Assembly: GCF_001194135.2 (NCBI RefSeq)
Contig: NC_068993.1
Coordinates: forward strand, 23,572,024 to 23,636,023
Origin: Octopus bimaculoides
Taxonomy: Eukaryota
Reading direction: 5' to 3'
DNA: 64,000 bases
Made by a program: the position numbers and the translations under genes. Positions 23,731-35,460 of the stretch are shown piece by piece (within the stretch, counting starts at the first letter, position 1; the number at the start of each line of letters is the position of its first letter). The notes under the pieces were generated by a model that was not told the DNA's origin, made no database searches, and saw only the letters and a program-made list of their open reading frames with translations.

Positions 23731-24448
23731 AGTTCTTCATTTCCTTATTTATATTGCTTCCCATCCGCTTTCCCGCTCTAGGCTAAGAGTTCTTTCTTCT
23801 TTTCCTTTTTCTTGTCATTCTTCTTCATCCACGACAGTCAGAAGTGTAACGCAGGATTTTGCCAATTTATCATCTTTGGATTCTTAAGAACATCTTTAAC
23901 TCAATAAAAATGATTCTAAAAATCATTTATTTTTGTTTTTTGTTCCTGTTTTGGGTCCTCTGTTTTTGTTCTAGTTTTGGGTCCTTTGTTCTTATCAGTC
24001 ACGTGTTTTAGTACTTTTCATGCTTTCGTTACTCAATTTCTATCTTGCCGAAATTTATAGATATAAGAAAATAACGGGTGTCATTCCAGGAAGGAAAAAT
24101 ATAAGAGAAATTGTTGCTGAAAACGAACCTGAGTTTGAAAAGAACTTGTAATTGATTTTAAATAAATTTATTTATATACATACCGAATTAGTTTCAACTA
24201 TTTTTTTGTTTATCAATGGTATAAACGTATGGGATTTTTTAAAAAAAGGTAATTGCGAAGTAGAAAACCTGTTTAAATGATTAACTGTTCACAAAATTCA
24301 ATAAAAACAAAAACGATCTGCGAAGAATATAAAAAATGTGGATCAGCGTGTTTAAATGATTAAATGTTCACAAAATTCAATATCAGAAGTGATCGTCGAA
24401 AAATATGAAACATTTGTGGATCACCAAATGTTCGGTCATACTGAGTTA

Positions 24449-24449
<1 letters not shown>

Positions 24450-24495
<46 letters not shown>

Positions 24496-24508
24496 NNNNN
24501 NNNNNAGA

Positions 24509-24555
<47 letters not shown>

Positions 24556-24578
24556 GGAGAGAGAGAGAGAGAAACAGA
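24450..24578. repeat. (GA)n microsatellite spanning a 10-N gap
   Basis: Directly visible; gap at 24496-24505. Confidence 0.95.
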
Positions 24579-25264
24579 AATAAGAAAGTAAAGAAAGGGG
24601 ATTTCACTTCAGTTTCTGTCATCTTAGGTTCTTTTTCCCGTCGCGTGCAGGTTTTTTCGCTTGTAATGTAGTGTTTTGAAATCAGTGTATTTATAAATTT
24701 TTCCGTGAATGGATCTAATTTTTCATTTGTTATAATTGGGATGACGTCCTATTCTTTCTGGTGGTCAGGTTTCGCGTTCTGCCTTGTTGACTTCCCAGTA
24801 GGGAATGCTCATCAACCGTTCTACTTGGTTGATTATTTTAAAGGGGCAGTTTGTTTTATCTGCTGATGGTTCGGTTCTGATAGGAGGTAAAATATAATTG
24901 GTCTCTAGAGATAGGTGACGTCAGCAGCTGGTGTTTTTATGGTGTTATTGCATGGTGATTTAGAGTTGCGGTTCCGAAACTCGAGAGGAAAGCTGTAACT
25001 AAAATTGTTCTACGTCTGTTGTATATGGCTCTTTTTTAGGAGTGAAATTGATATTCTTTTTGTTTAGTGTTTTACTTCTTTTTCGTGTTTCTTTTTTCTT
25101 TTTAGTGTTTTATTTCTTCTTTCTAAAGGATATTCAGCAGTGGTTCATATTTTTTAAGGAGTATACTTTCCTTATTCAATCGGAATTGGATTGAAGTGTT
25201 TCCGGTGCATTGATAGATAGGGAAGATTTGGTTTTCCGGGTTTATGTTTACGAGTTTATGTCTA

Positions 25265-25560
25265 AGTGTTTACTTACAGGAATTTTTCTGGTCGTGAGGT
25301 ACCAGATTTGTGCCTGTGTACTGCCAGTATGTCCCCCAAGGACAAACTAGTTTGGCCTATATAGTCTCCATCACACCCACCATATTTGAGAACATAGGTT
25401 AAGTTCTTCGATGCACAGATGAAGTGATTTTTTATGGTAAAAATTTGACCTGACTTAAATTTCTGCAGAGTGACTTGCGTCATGGTGCTATTTATCTCAC
25501 AAACGATGCCCAACGTATCGTACTATAATGTGTAGTCGACAAAATAAAAGAACAAACAAT
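25265..25560 (-). mobile_element. Penelope-like element GIY-YIG endonuclease fragment
   Basis: FKSGQIFTIKNHFICASKNLTYVLKYGGCDGDYIGQTSLSLGDILAVHR (ORF 25274-25513) matches the PLE pattern F.I...F.C.S.NLIY.I.C..C...YIGQT...L..R...HR. Confidence 0.8.
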
Positions 25561-25699
25561 GCACAGGCTCGAAATTAAAAATATAAATTGGTAACAATTT
25601 GCCCATCGCACCCTGTTTATGCACTTACACACACACACATCACAAAAGCAAATAGACGCCTTATAAAACATCGTTTGTTTTTTTATTAACGGACATTTT

Positions 25700-26720
25700 A
25701 ATGTTTCAGGTTCTATATGTAATTGTTTAATCATGCAATGTACAAAAGGAGCCTTGGACCTCTCTGAATGTATTATTGGTCATTCTGAAGATGGACATAA
25801 TCAGCGTAAAATCGTAGAAAACCTTGGGATCCCGGTTTCTACAGTTAATCGGGTGATTGTGCAATTCGCCAGAGAGGGGAAGGAGTCCACATCACTTCAC
25901 CCAGATCAACCAGGGCCTTCTGAGATGACCCTTGACCCTTCTCTTTGTTAAGAGAAGTGTGGAGGATAATCCTCGTTGCAAGGCTTCTGTCGTAGCAGAA
26001 CAAGTTGATGTCAGTCCCAGAACAGCTGTCAGATATCTCCACAAACTTTATTACTCTGGCTGAGTAGCAAGAAGGAAGCCACATCTTCGACCAGCTAACA
26101 TCAAGTGGAAAAAAGATTGGACCAGTGAGATGGTGGTGAGGCCACTAGCCTTTTGGGACACTGTCATATTCTCTGATGAATCCAGATTTGCTGTATTTCC
26201 TGACAGTGGCCAAATGTGGGTCTGGAGAATCTGTGATCAAGAATTTGATGTGTAAAGATTGCAGCCAACAATGAAACAAAGCAGCTATTCTGTGATGGTT
26301 TGGGGAGCAATTTGGAGCAATGGTCATCTAGAGCCGGTGGAGTGTGATGGAAACATAAACTCAGATAAATATTGCAGAAAGGACTTCTATTCTTCTCCAG
26401 TGGTGAAAGTCTTTTCTTATGGAATCTCCTTGTCACACAGCTAAAATGACCCAAGATTTGGTGGATGGGAAAGGCATTAAAAAGCTTCCACGGCCAAGCC
26501 AGTTACCATATACGAACCCTATTGAATATCTTCTGGGACATACCGGACAGAACACTTCATAAAAAGAACAAGAAAGCATCTTCAAAGCCAAATCTTTTCA
26601 GATTACTGGATGAAAGTTGGCAAGAAATTCTACTAGTGAATATTTATCTGATCAGTAATATGCCTAATAAGGACGTTGCATAGAAAAATGCAATGGGCAT
26701 GTCTACTAAATATTAAATTT
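25700..26720 (+). pseudogene. Tc1-like transposase pseudogene
   Basis: [56 protein letters not shown]. Frameshifted; TIRs not resolved. Confidence 0.88.
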
Positions 26721-27059
26721 TCGTATTATAACAATTAATAATTTCAATGCTTAATTTCAAATTTAAATAAATGTTTATGATTATAAGAGTTTCTACTTCT
26801 GTCATGTCTGTGTACATAAATTCTCGGGGTATTTACTAGTATCGTTATCGCAATTCTAGGCAGCAATCACCGATGACTTTACAGAATCCATACACACTTA
26901 GACAGTTCTCTTTTTCGTCCTGCAGGGCAGCAAAATAACAAACTAAATACCCCCCCCCCCCCTCACAGAGAACGATCTCTGAGGTTACCAGTTTAGTCGC
27001 CAACGGCCCAAATTGAAGCAAAGAAATTTCAACGTCCATTGACTTTTTATATTTCATTG

Positions 27060-27185
27060 GCTTTGTGAGAAGTATTGCTTTTTTCCAGCAGGATGACCAT
27101 TACCTTCCTCTTCCTCTTCTTCCTCTTTCTCCTGCTCCTGCTACTCATCATCATCCTCACATTCATCATCATCAGTATTATGCGA
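27060..27185. repeat. Low-complexity CTT/CAT trinucleotide tract
   Basis: Directly visible. Confidence 0.75.
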
Positions 27186-27449
27186 TGAAAACAGCTTATT
27201 TTGCTGGGTACGATGGAAAGTGTCAGTTGTCCACAGCTAACGTGTTTCAAGAACACTGCGAAGAAATCTTGCAGTCCCAAGTAATGTTGATTTTTATAGG
27301 TTTTCTCTCTGCATACTTTTCAGACATGTTGGCAACTCAGTGCTGATACTTCCAAGTGCCCCAATTACATTGGCTACAACCTTCGTATTTCCCACTTCAA
27401 ATCGTCGTAGTTGTTTATTTTTCTTCTTCTTTCGCACCGGAGCCTACTA

Positions 27450-27855
27450 TTTACTTTACTTTACTTACTTGTTTCAGTCATTTGACTGCGACCATGCTGG
27501 AGCACCACCTTTAGTCGATAAAATCGACCCCAGGACTTATTCTTTGTAAGCCTTGTACTTATTCTATCGGTTTCATTTGCCGAACCGCTAAGTTACGGTG
27601 ACGTAAATACACCAGCATCGATTGTCAAGCAATGTTGGCGGGGACAGACACAGACACACGAACACATACACACGCATACATATCTATATATACATATACA
27701 TATATACGACGGGCTTTCAGTTTCCGTCTACCAAATCTACTCACAAGGCTTTGGTCGGCCCGAGGCTATAGTAGAACACACTTGCCCAAGGTGCCACGCG
27801 GTAGGACTGAACCCAGAACCATGTGGTAAGCAAGCTACTTACCACACAGCCACTC
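27450..27855 (-). mobile_element. tRNA-derived SINE, family C, with internal CA/TA microsatellite
   Basis: Reverse complement of 61836-62400: head agtggctgtgtggtaagtagcttgcttacc...gggttcagtcc, ccttgggcaag block, tail gactgaaacaagtaa. Confidence 0.88.
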
Positions 27856-27879
27856 TTGCTCTTCCTATGTCCATTATCA

Positions 27880-29930
27880 TGCATGTTCTCTCTCTTTTAT
27901 TCACCCCAACGATATCCGGTTTCATATGTCTGGTCGGATGATCACACTGAATCGCTCCCACAGGATTTTTTCAATTCTCATTCTCGATGACTCCTTCTGC
28001 CTCTGCTCATAACACTTCTTTGCTCTTTGTAGGTCGTGATTTCCATTGAGCTCCCAATGGATCGTTCTTGCCACATTATCATGGTGTCTTTTGTATTCGC
28101 ATTGTGCCAATTTCGGGCGTTCGCTCAGGATGTGTCACACATTTTCACCCCTCTCACCACACATTCTGCATTTGTCGCTGAGAGTAGTGTTGCCTGTTCT
28201 GCACTCCACATAGTTGGTCCTTAAGGCTTGTTCTTAATCTGCACATATAAGTGCTTCTGTCTATCTTTAGAACATCCCTCTTCATCCATAGCCACCAATC
28301 CTCTGTCTTGGCTTTCACATCGCTTCCGAAGTGACCGTACATTTTTTTCTCCTTCTATGCTTTTCCATTTTTTCTGTTAATTTCTTGTTTAAATTTTTCG
28401 TTCACTACACAGTTCTCTGTTTTGATGATGCCGGCCTCTTTCGTATGTTTCAAAAATGTCTCCACGGCATTTTTTATATACAAGCCTAAGCTGTTTTCCT
28501 TTGCTTCGATATAGTACTGGTAACTGATCAAACCACTCCCACCCTTTCTGCTGGACAAGCACAGCCTATCAGTGTCACATTTAGAGTGGAAGGCTCCCTC
28601 TACTGTCAGCATTTTCTCTTGTCTTTGTATCCATTTACATCACTTCTCTTTGTTATTTTATAATTCTATCTCCATACCGAAGTGATGCTATCCTTCACGT
28701 ATTAACTGCTTGGATTTTATTCTAACCAGTCATTTTTAAGCGCAACACCAACCTTAGTCTTCGGAAATATTCCATCCTTAGTTGCCCTTTAATTTCATTC
28801 TCTATTATCTCGTTGTATTCTAGAACACCAAGGTGTTTGTAGCCTTCCGTTTCAATTTGTTAAATCAATTCTTTATTCGGTAACTCTATCTCTTCTAGGG
28901 ATTGTACCTTGCCTCTTTTCAGGTAGAATCTTCTGCACTTCTTCAGTCCGAATTCACATCTAATATGAGCACTAAAAAGTGGACCGTATTCACCAAGAAC
29001 TCATAGTGTCACATCCTTCTCATTTCAAGGTCTTCTTTTCTCTTCTCCTCAGCTTTTTGGTTAACTCTTCCTTGCCCACCATTTCATCTGCATTTACACC
29101 CATATTTTTCGCCCAGTGTGATCAACTGCCCAGATATTCATTTCGGTAGTCAATTTTTTGGCATTCAGGTTGGATTTCAACACCATCTTCACCCATTTAA
29201 ATACGCCTCGCTGACCTTGACTTTCATTTCTCTGTGTAAGGTGTCATCCGGCTCCAAAATCTCTAAATGTCTATCCCCATTACAGTCGGGTTCACTCATG
29301 GTCTTTCCTGATGGTAACCGCAATCCTCAGCAGGATGCTTTCTTCCGTCTTTTCATATTATGTACTGAGTGTTTGGTAATTCCAATGAGTATCTTCCAGC
29401 TTATGTTTAGGCATAGTATAAGACGGTAGTTTCCCACAATATTCCCATTTCTTCTATCTTTCATCATAAGTGATGATCTCCCAGTCACCATCCACCCGGG
29501 GTCTGTACCTTTCTGGACACACTCATTCAATTAGGCTGCTAATCTTTCATGCACCGCGTGGCATCTCTTCAGCCAAATGCCATGAATCCCATCTGGTCCG
29601 GGGGCTTTCCAGTTAGGCACTTTAACCACTTGGTCTTTCATGTCACCCATGCTTATGACAATATTCCTGTTTCTATCCTCCTTGTAATTCTGTCTTGATA
29701 GTTCCTATCCACATTGCATCCCCTTTATGCACCATATTATTTCCCACAATCCGCTCCAGAACTCCTTTGCTTTATTTGCATCAGAAGCAACCTTTTTCCC
29801 ATTGTCTCCTTCTAACTTTCGGAATAATTGTTTCGGGTTATTTTGAACTATCTGTTCTCCTGGAACTGCTTATTTCTGTTCACAAATCTTCTGATCTTCT
29901 GATTTTTGCCCTGATTCTGTATTCACTGTT
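27880..29930 (-). mobile_element. R4/Dong-like LINE, decayed, with internal deletion in RT
   Basis: WKAPGPDG.HG (29590-29620), GRSSLMMKD...NYRLILCLNISWKIL (29327-29530), YKHLGVLE, AFHSKCDTDRLCLSSRKGGSGL (28355-28612), MYGHF, YKRHHDNVARTIHWEL...RPDI (27922-28110). Confidence 0.88.
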
Positions 29931-29935
29931 CTATT

Positions 29936-30485
29936 AAATTTATTTTTTGAACCAGTTGAAGACACACGAGATGTCGAAATATCGTTCACCAGATAACAAA
30001 TGGCACTCTTCTTTTAATTTTGACTCTATATCTTCAGGAGGAGTTACCTCAATCCTTTCTATATTAACCAAAATGAAGTAGATTGACAAATTTATTTTTT
30101 GAACCAGTTGAAGACACACGAGATGTCGAAATATCGTTCACCAGATAACAAATGGCACTCTTCTTTTAATTTTGACTCTATNNNNNNNNNNNNNNNNNNN
30201 NNNNNNNNNNNNNNNNNNNNNNNNNNNNNNNNNNNNNNNNNNNNNNNNNNNNNNNNNNNNNNNNNNNNNNNNNNNNNNNNNNNNNNNNNNNNNNNNNNNN
30301 NNNNNNNNNNNNNNNNNNNNNNNNNNNNNNNNNNNNNNNNNNNNNNNNNNNNNTAAATTTATTTTTTGAACCAGTTGAAGACACACGAGATGTCGAAATA
30401 TCGTTCACCAGATAACAAATGGCACTCTTCTTTTAATTTTGACTCTATTTCTTCAGGAGGAGTTACCTCAATCCTTTCTATATTA
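29936..30485 (+). repeat. 152-bp tandem repeat (at least 3 copies, interrupted by N gap 30182-30353)
   Basis: The motif tgaaccagttgaagacacacgagatgtcgaaat starts at 29948, 30100 and 30367. Copies 1 and 3 differ by one base (ctatat vs ctattt). Confidence 0.9.
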
Positions 30486-30695
30486 ATGATAATAATGATA
30501 ATAATAATAATGACATCATCAAAAAATACCTTGAGAATGAGAACCCAGGTTCGAAATTTCCCCAAAACGCCTGATGACGGCTGGAAGGTATATCAACCGA
30601 AACATTGTGTTAACAACAAACAAGATGAGGACAAATATACGTCAATTGTAAATAATGTAAATAATGTACATAATTCCTCATCTCTTAGATATAGT
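30486..30695 (+). mobile_element. Second copy of the HHR-tailed SINE-like element (tRNA head missing)
   Basis: (AAT)n-acatc...aaaatacctt.gaatgagaaccc.ggttcgaaatt matches the reverse complement of 22600-22690. HHR at 30565-30612: CUGAUGA cGGCUG...CAACC GAAA CA UU GUGUU. Confidence 0.8.
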
Positions 30696-30699
30696 TATT

Positions 30700-31430
30700 G
30701 TTTTAGTCTTGAGTTTCAACGGTTTGCCAGTTTCTATTTCAAGATCTTTATACTTGCTCATGTTTTGGTAGGTCTTAACAGATACATTGAGGTCGATTGG
30801 CACAGTTATATGCGGAGGCATTATTTTGTTTGAAGTCTTTCAAAATAATGCATGGCCTATTCGCATCTATCTTTCTGAGAGTTTGAACGGTGAGTTTCTA
30901 GATGAGAAAGATATGATCATTTTCAAGCACTTGAGGTGGTTTGTGTTTCCACCAGTTTTTATCATGGTGTAGGTCCACGTTTTGGCAAATTACCCAGTGA
31001 ATATATTCTGTCATGCCTGTTGATATACTTTGTAGGAGCAAGAAAACTGCACGTGTAGGCAACATGATCAATGGTTTCATATATCTCTTTACATACACGA
31101 CATGTCGGGCTATTGCTGTTCTTTAATATGTTGGTCCAGTAGCTCCTTGTAGGAAGACATTGATCTTGGGCCGCTATGCTAAGCCCTTCTGTTTCTGATT
31201 TTAATCCAGAAGACGCTAACCATTGATGGGTAAGTGCTTTGTCAACATCGGTATATTAACTATCTTTGGGTATTTACCATTGAGAGGTTTTTCTAGTCAT
31301 TTATCAGTAAGAATATCAAAGGCAGCAGTTTTAGCAGTTTTCATACGCTTGCTTTTTCTGTACTTCTTTCCAGTAGGTCTAATTCTAATTGTTGTATTTG
31401 GAATTCACATAGATTTTCCTTTGCCTGTTT
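30700..31430 (-). mobile_element. R4-like RLE LINE 3' fragment (family D)
   Basis: EKPLNGKYPK, HQWLASSGLKSETEGLSIAAQDQCLPTR, YIHWVICQNVDLHHDKNWWKHKPPQVLENDH. Same family as 42578-43213. Confidence 0.85.
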
Positions 31431-31444
31431 TATTATTATTATTA

Positions 31445-31482
<38 letters not shown>

Positions 31483-31774
31483 GTTCAGTAGTTTTATTTT
31501 TATAACGTGCTTTCACTTCACTACCGAGCGCAGCTCTGTGCGCCTTGGGTATGTGCTGTGGTTTGCTGTGGTGCTCTTATGGTTACTGTATTGAAAGTGT
31601 TTTGCGTAGGATGTGTGCAGTGCCCGTTAGTGCAATTTTCTGTATGTTATATATATTTGTAAGTCTTGGTGTTTTTGTTATGTATTTGTCTGAATATTTT
31701 TTTATTATACCTAAGGCACCTACTATGATAGGAATTGTTTCTGTTTTTAGATTCCACGTTCGAGTTACCTCTAT
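31483..31774 (-). mobile_element. R4/Dong-like LINE 3' end (family E) abutting (ATT)n
   Basis: IEVTRTWNLKTETIPIIVGALGIIKK...KIALTGTAHILRKTLSIQ plus a UTR nearly identical to 43900-44010. (ATT)n at 31430-31482. Confidence 0.9.
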
Positions 31775-32118
31775 NNNNNNNNNNNNNNNNNNNNNNNNNN
31801 NNNNNNNNNNNNNNNNNNNNNNNNNNNNNNNNNNNNNNNNNNNNNNNNNNNNNNNNNNNNNNNNNNNNNNNNNNNNNNNNNNNNNNNNNNNNNNNNNNNN
31901 NNNNNNNNNNNNNNNNNNNNNNNNNNNNNNNNNNNNNNNNNNNNNNNNNNNNNNNNNNNNNNNNNNNNNNNNNNNNNNNNNNNNNNNNNNNNNNNNNNNN
32001 NNNNNNNNNNNNNNNNNNNNNNNNNNNNNNNNNNNNNNNNNNNNNNNNNNNNNNNNNNNNNNNNNNNNNNNNNNNNNNNNNNNNNNNNNNNNNNNNNNNN
32101 NNNNNNNNNNNNNNNNNN

Positions 32119-32186
32119 TCCTCCTCTTCTTCTTCTTCTTCTTCTTCTTTTTTCTTCTTCTTCTTCTTCTTCTTCTTCTTATTATT

Positions 32187-32222
<36 letters not shown>

Positions 32223-32235
32223 ATTATGATCATCA

Positions 32236-32279
<44 letters not shown>

Positions 32280-32280
32280 G
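32119..32280. repeat. Compound (CTT)n(ATT)(GTT)n(CAT)(ATT)n microsatellite
   Basis: Directly visible after gap 31775-32118. Confidence 0.95.
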
Positions 32281-32624
32281 TTTACACGTGGAATCCACAC
32301 TCGAATCATCGCTGGTGAGTTTCTCTAATTCTGCTTGTCTTTTGTTCTTTTCGGCCGCTGAAATTGTAATTATTGTTTGGCGGATGTATCCAGGTGTCTC
32401 CTTAAAGAGTTTCACCCCTTTTCAATCACAGAACAAACGGAAAGCCCGTTCCGAAAACTTTCTAGAGCATATTTTTCAATCTGACCCTATTCAAAACATG
32501 GCCAGTACTTGTCTAAACAGAGGAGTGGGTGTGAGAGATGATGTATCTGCTTCTTCGGTTTCAATCGACACTAGGAATAAAAGTCAACCATTTCCTCTGA
32601 TTTTTGCAAAGAAACCACAGACAA

Positions 32625-32840
32625 TAACACCACCACCGACACTGTTGCCACCACTACCATCGCCACCATCATCATCAACAGCATCGCCAACAGCCAAAAT
32701 AAGCCCACTATGATGAGCACGGCCCGTGACAACTCCAACAACAACAATAACACCATCAGCAAGAACAACAACGAAATTATTGAAATCAGCAGCAATAACA
32801 ACGATAATATAATAATCAGCAGCAGCACCAGCATCAACAC
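32625..32840. repeat. Degenerate CAC/CAT/AAC trinucleotide tract
   Basis: Directly visible. Confidence 0.8.
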
Positions 32841-32896
32841 ATGTGCTAGCTTCTACAACAGAAATGCTTTTTACAAAGATTATAACGAGAAATGTG

Positions 32897-33272
32897 CAGG
32901 CGCAATGACCCAGTGGTTGGGGCAGCGGTCTCGCGGTCATAGGATCGCGGTTTCGATTCCCAGACCGGGCGTTGTGTTTATTGAGCGTAAACACCTAAAA
33001 GCTCCACGTGGTTCCGGCAGGAGATGGTGGCGAACCCTGCTATACTCTTCCACCACAACTTTCTCTCATTCTTACTTCCTGTTTCTGTTGTGCCTGTAAT
33101 TCAAAGGGTCAGCCTTGTCACACTGTGTCACGCTGAATATCCCCGAGAACTACATTAAGGCTACACTGTCTGTGGAGTGCTCAGCCACTTACACGTTAAT
33201 TTCACGAGGAGGCTGTTTCGTTGATCGGATCAACTGGAACCCTCGACGTCATAAGCGAGGGAGTGCCAACAT
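32897..33272 (+). mobile_element. tRNA(Arg)-like SINE, family F
   Basis: ggcgcaatgacccagtggttggggcagcggtctcgcggtcataggatcgcggtttcgattcccagaccgggcg has A-box-like and B-box-like motifs and a TCG anticodon-like triplet. Confidence 0.78.
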
Positions 33273-33449
33273 AACGAGAAAACACATCCGAAGTAAAACA
33301 TTTCCTTCGCAAATGTAATAAATATACAGATTGCTCATTCCTTGTAAGGGAAAGTGGAGGCATTTAAAAAATGTCAGAAAGATATCATTCGACCCGGCCT
33401 CATGACTCTCCCAGAAGAGAACGATAATTTATAAGTGCATTATTCGCAG

Positions 33450-33985
33450 AGAGAGAAAGCCGCTATACCCTTCCTCAGCCGAAATAGAGAAATGGGATTT
33501 TGTTCAAAACGGGGGCACCAGTATTTTCTTAACGAAACACTTTGAAACTTGGGACACTGGTAGAATGTGTCATATAAAACATCTTTTTCTCTTAGTCTTC
33601 TTAATAAAAAAAACGTACATCGCAAGTTATTTCATGTTAAAGTTATCGTATTTCTGTAATTTCAATCGATGACTGACGTCCATTCAGCCGAATACATTAA
33701 GTGCTGACTACGTAAACAAACGATTCTCAAACGATTCTGGCGGTGATAAAATTATTATTTCCTTGTCAAAAAATGGCTGAAGCATATTGGCAGTAGGGTT
33801 AGGGTTAGGGTTAGGGTTAGGCAGTAGCTAATAAACCTTTCATACAGTTCAGGCAGATGTTAACGACGAAATAAACACGCGTGAAAGAAAATGAAAACAG
33901 CAAATGTTGTACACATACAGTTCAGGCAGATGTTAACGAAATTATAAATGGAGATTAAATACGCTTTACACCGCTTAAACTGCCA
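33450..33985. mobile_element. Unclassified non-autonomous element carrying an interstitial telomeric repeat
   Basis: Internal direct repeat catacagttcaggcagatgttaacga (33841 and 33913), (TTAGGG)n at 33795-33821, right end ...ccgc|ttaa. Boundaries are approximate. Confidence 0.4.
33795..33821 (+). repeat. Interstitial telomeric repeat (TTAGGG)x~4
   Basis: agggttagggttagggttagggttagg, four GGG tracts. Confidence 0.95.
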
Positions 33986-34149
33986 AAGGAGTAAGTATAA
34001 ACAGCTGAATACTTCTCAGTGATTGGTTGAAATTATCGAAATAAGACAATTTTTTACATGAAATAATTCGAATACAAATTTTTTTTTTGTTCTATAACAC
34101 AAAATAGATAAGTATACGAAGTTTGAAAGTCTTTCGGTACCAAAAAACA

Positions 34150-35460
34150 CTACATAAAACATTAATGAAAACTGATGCCCCCGTTTTGAACAAGATCCGA
34201 GAAATGCAAGGAGGAGATGTGGACTTCTGTAATTTATGTCTACTGAGGAAAACAATTTTGGGACCGTGGTAGCTATCAGTAGCAACGAAGAAAAAGCGCA
34301 TAGGATGGCTACAATGAGCTACTCCCCTGCCTACGACGTGATGCTTCCTTTATACATGGGACGCCGGGTGATCAAAGTCAGGGTCTCAGACGCACCTCCT
34401 CATAGGGACCAGGTCAGAGTAATTGCCATGCCAGAGGAGTACGGTGATATATAAACTTACGATCAAGCCCCTAAGAAACAGAACTGGAGTGTCCATACAG
34501 TTCTGGCTTTTCCGGAAGATGTTCATGCTATTCCGGACTTATTCTGCTTCAGAGAGTGCGATCAGATGCGGGTAGTCGTGGAGTGTAGGAAACTCAGGTG
34601 TCACACCTCTGGCAAAACCGGTCATTTAAAAGCTTTCTGCCCCGCTGTGAGTCGACAGAGGTGCCTCATGCTGATCTCTATACCTAACACCAAATCCGTT
34701 AAAATGCCAAAGAGGAAAGCAGCGGCAACCACAACGCTAAACACTGAAAAAGAGAGCCAATGCGGCCATAAGAAACCCTAGCGACTCTTTGGATATAGAA
34801 GGGACCTCAGATGAGGCAAAAACACCAGAGTGGATGATCACCGAGCGACTCTCAAAAAGAAAAAAAATGCGAGAGAAAATATAGACGTAACTTCTAAATC
34901 CCAAAATTTTGTGGGCATGAGTCAGAGTAGCTTCGCGGCAGCCAATCTCGAAAACGCTGCAACCAATCTCGAAACCAAAGTTGCAAGGCAACAAACTGAT
35001 TAGGAGTAACACCAGGCGGAGTAGCAGCTGCGGCAGAAGCTAAAATACAACAACAACAAGTGTTACATGAACTATAACAACATCAAGGAATGAAACAGCA
35101 TTCTCAGCAACCGCGAGAGCCTCAACAAGATATGCAACAGGGAAAACCAAAACAGAAAGAACCAAATCGACAATGATCTCCTTAACCTCAAGAGACGGAA
35201 CTTGCTGAACAATATGTTTCGGACGAGCCTCTGAATTACACAGTTCTACGGAAGGACAACAGACAATTAATGGAATTTGTAGACAAAAACAAAGATAAAA
35301 TTTTGACAACTGGCAAGGGTCTTGATGCTCTCACCATTGTCAAAACACCAGAGAGGAGGGTTCTGAAAGAGAACGACTCCCACAATGTGTCGTTTCTGAG
35401 GAAACGTTTCCCACGTGATATGGGGGTTTTCAAAAACCTATTGGAAGCCCGTTGAAAAGC
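34150..35460 (+). mobile_element. Tx1/L1-like ORF1 relic (CCHC knuckle) without detectable ORF2
   Basis: PLYMGRRVIKVRVSDAPP, MRVVVECRKLRCHTSGKTGHLKAFCP (degenerate Cx2Cx4Hx4C), low-complexity linker, terminal block MEFVDKNKDKIL...FKNLLEAR*. Homologous to 9075-9600. Confidence 0.6.

Noticed and set aside
24271-24381. ~33-bp direct repeat 78 bp apart (gtttaaatgattaa.tgttcacaaaattcaata)
   Set aside because: Simple local tandem duplication with no other associated structure.
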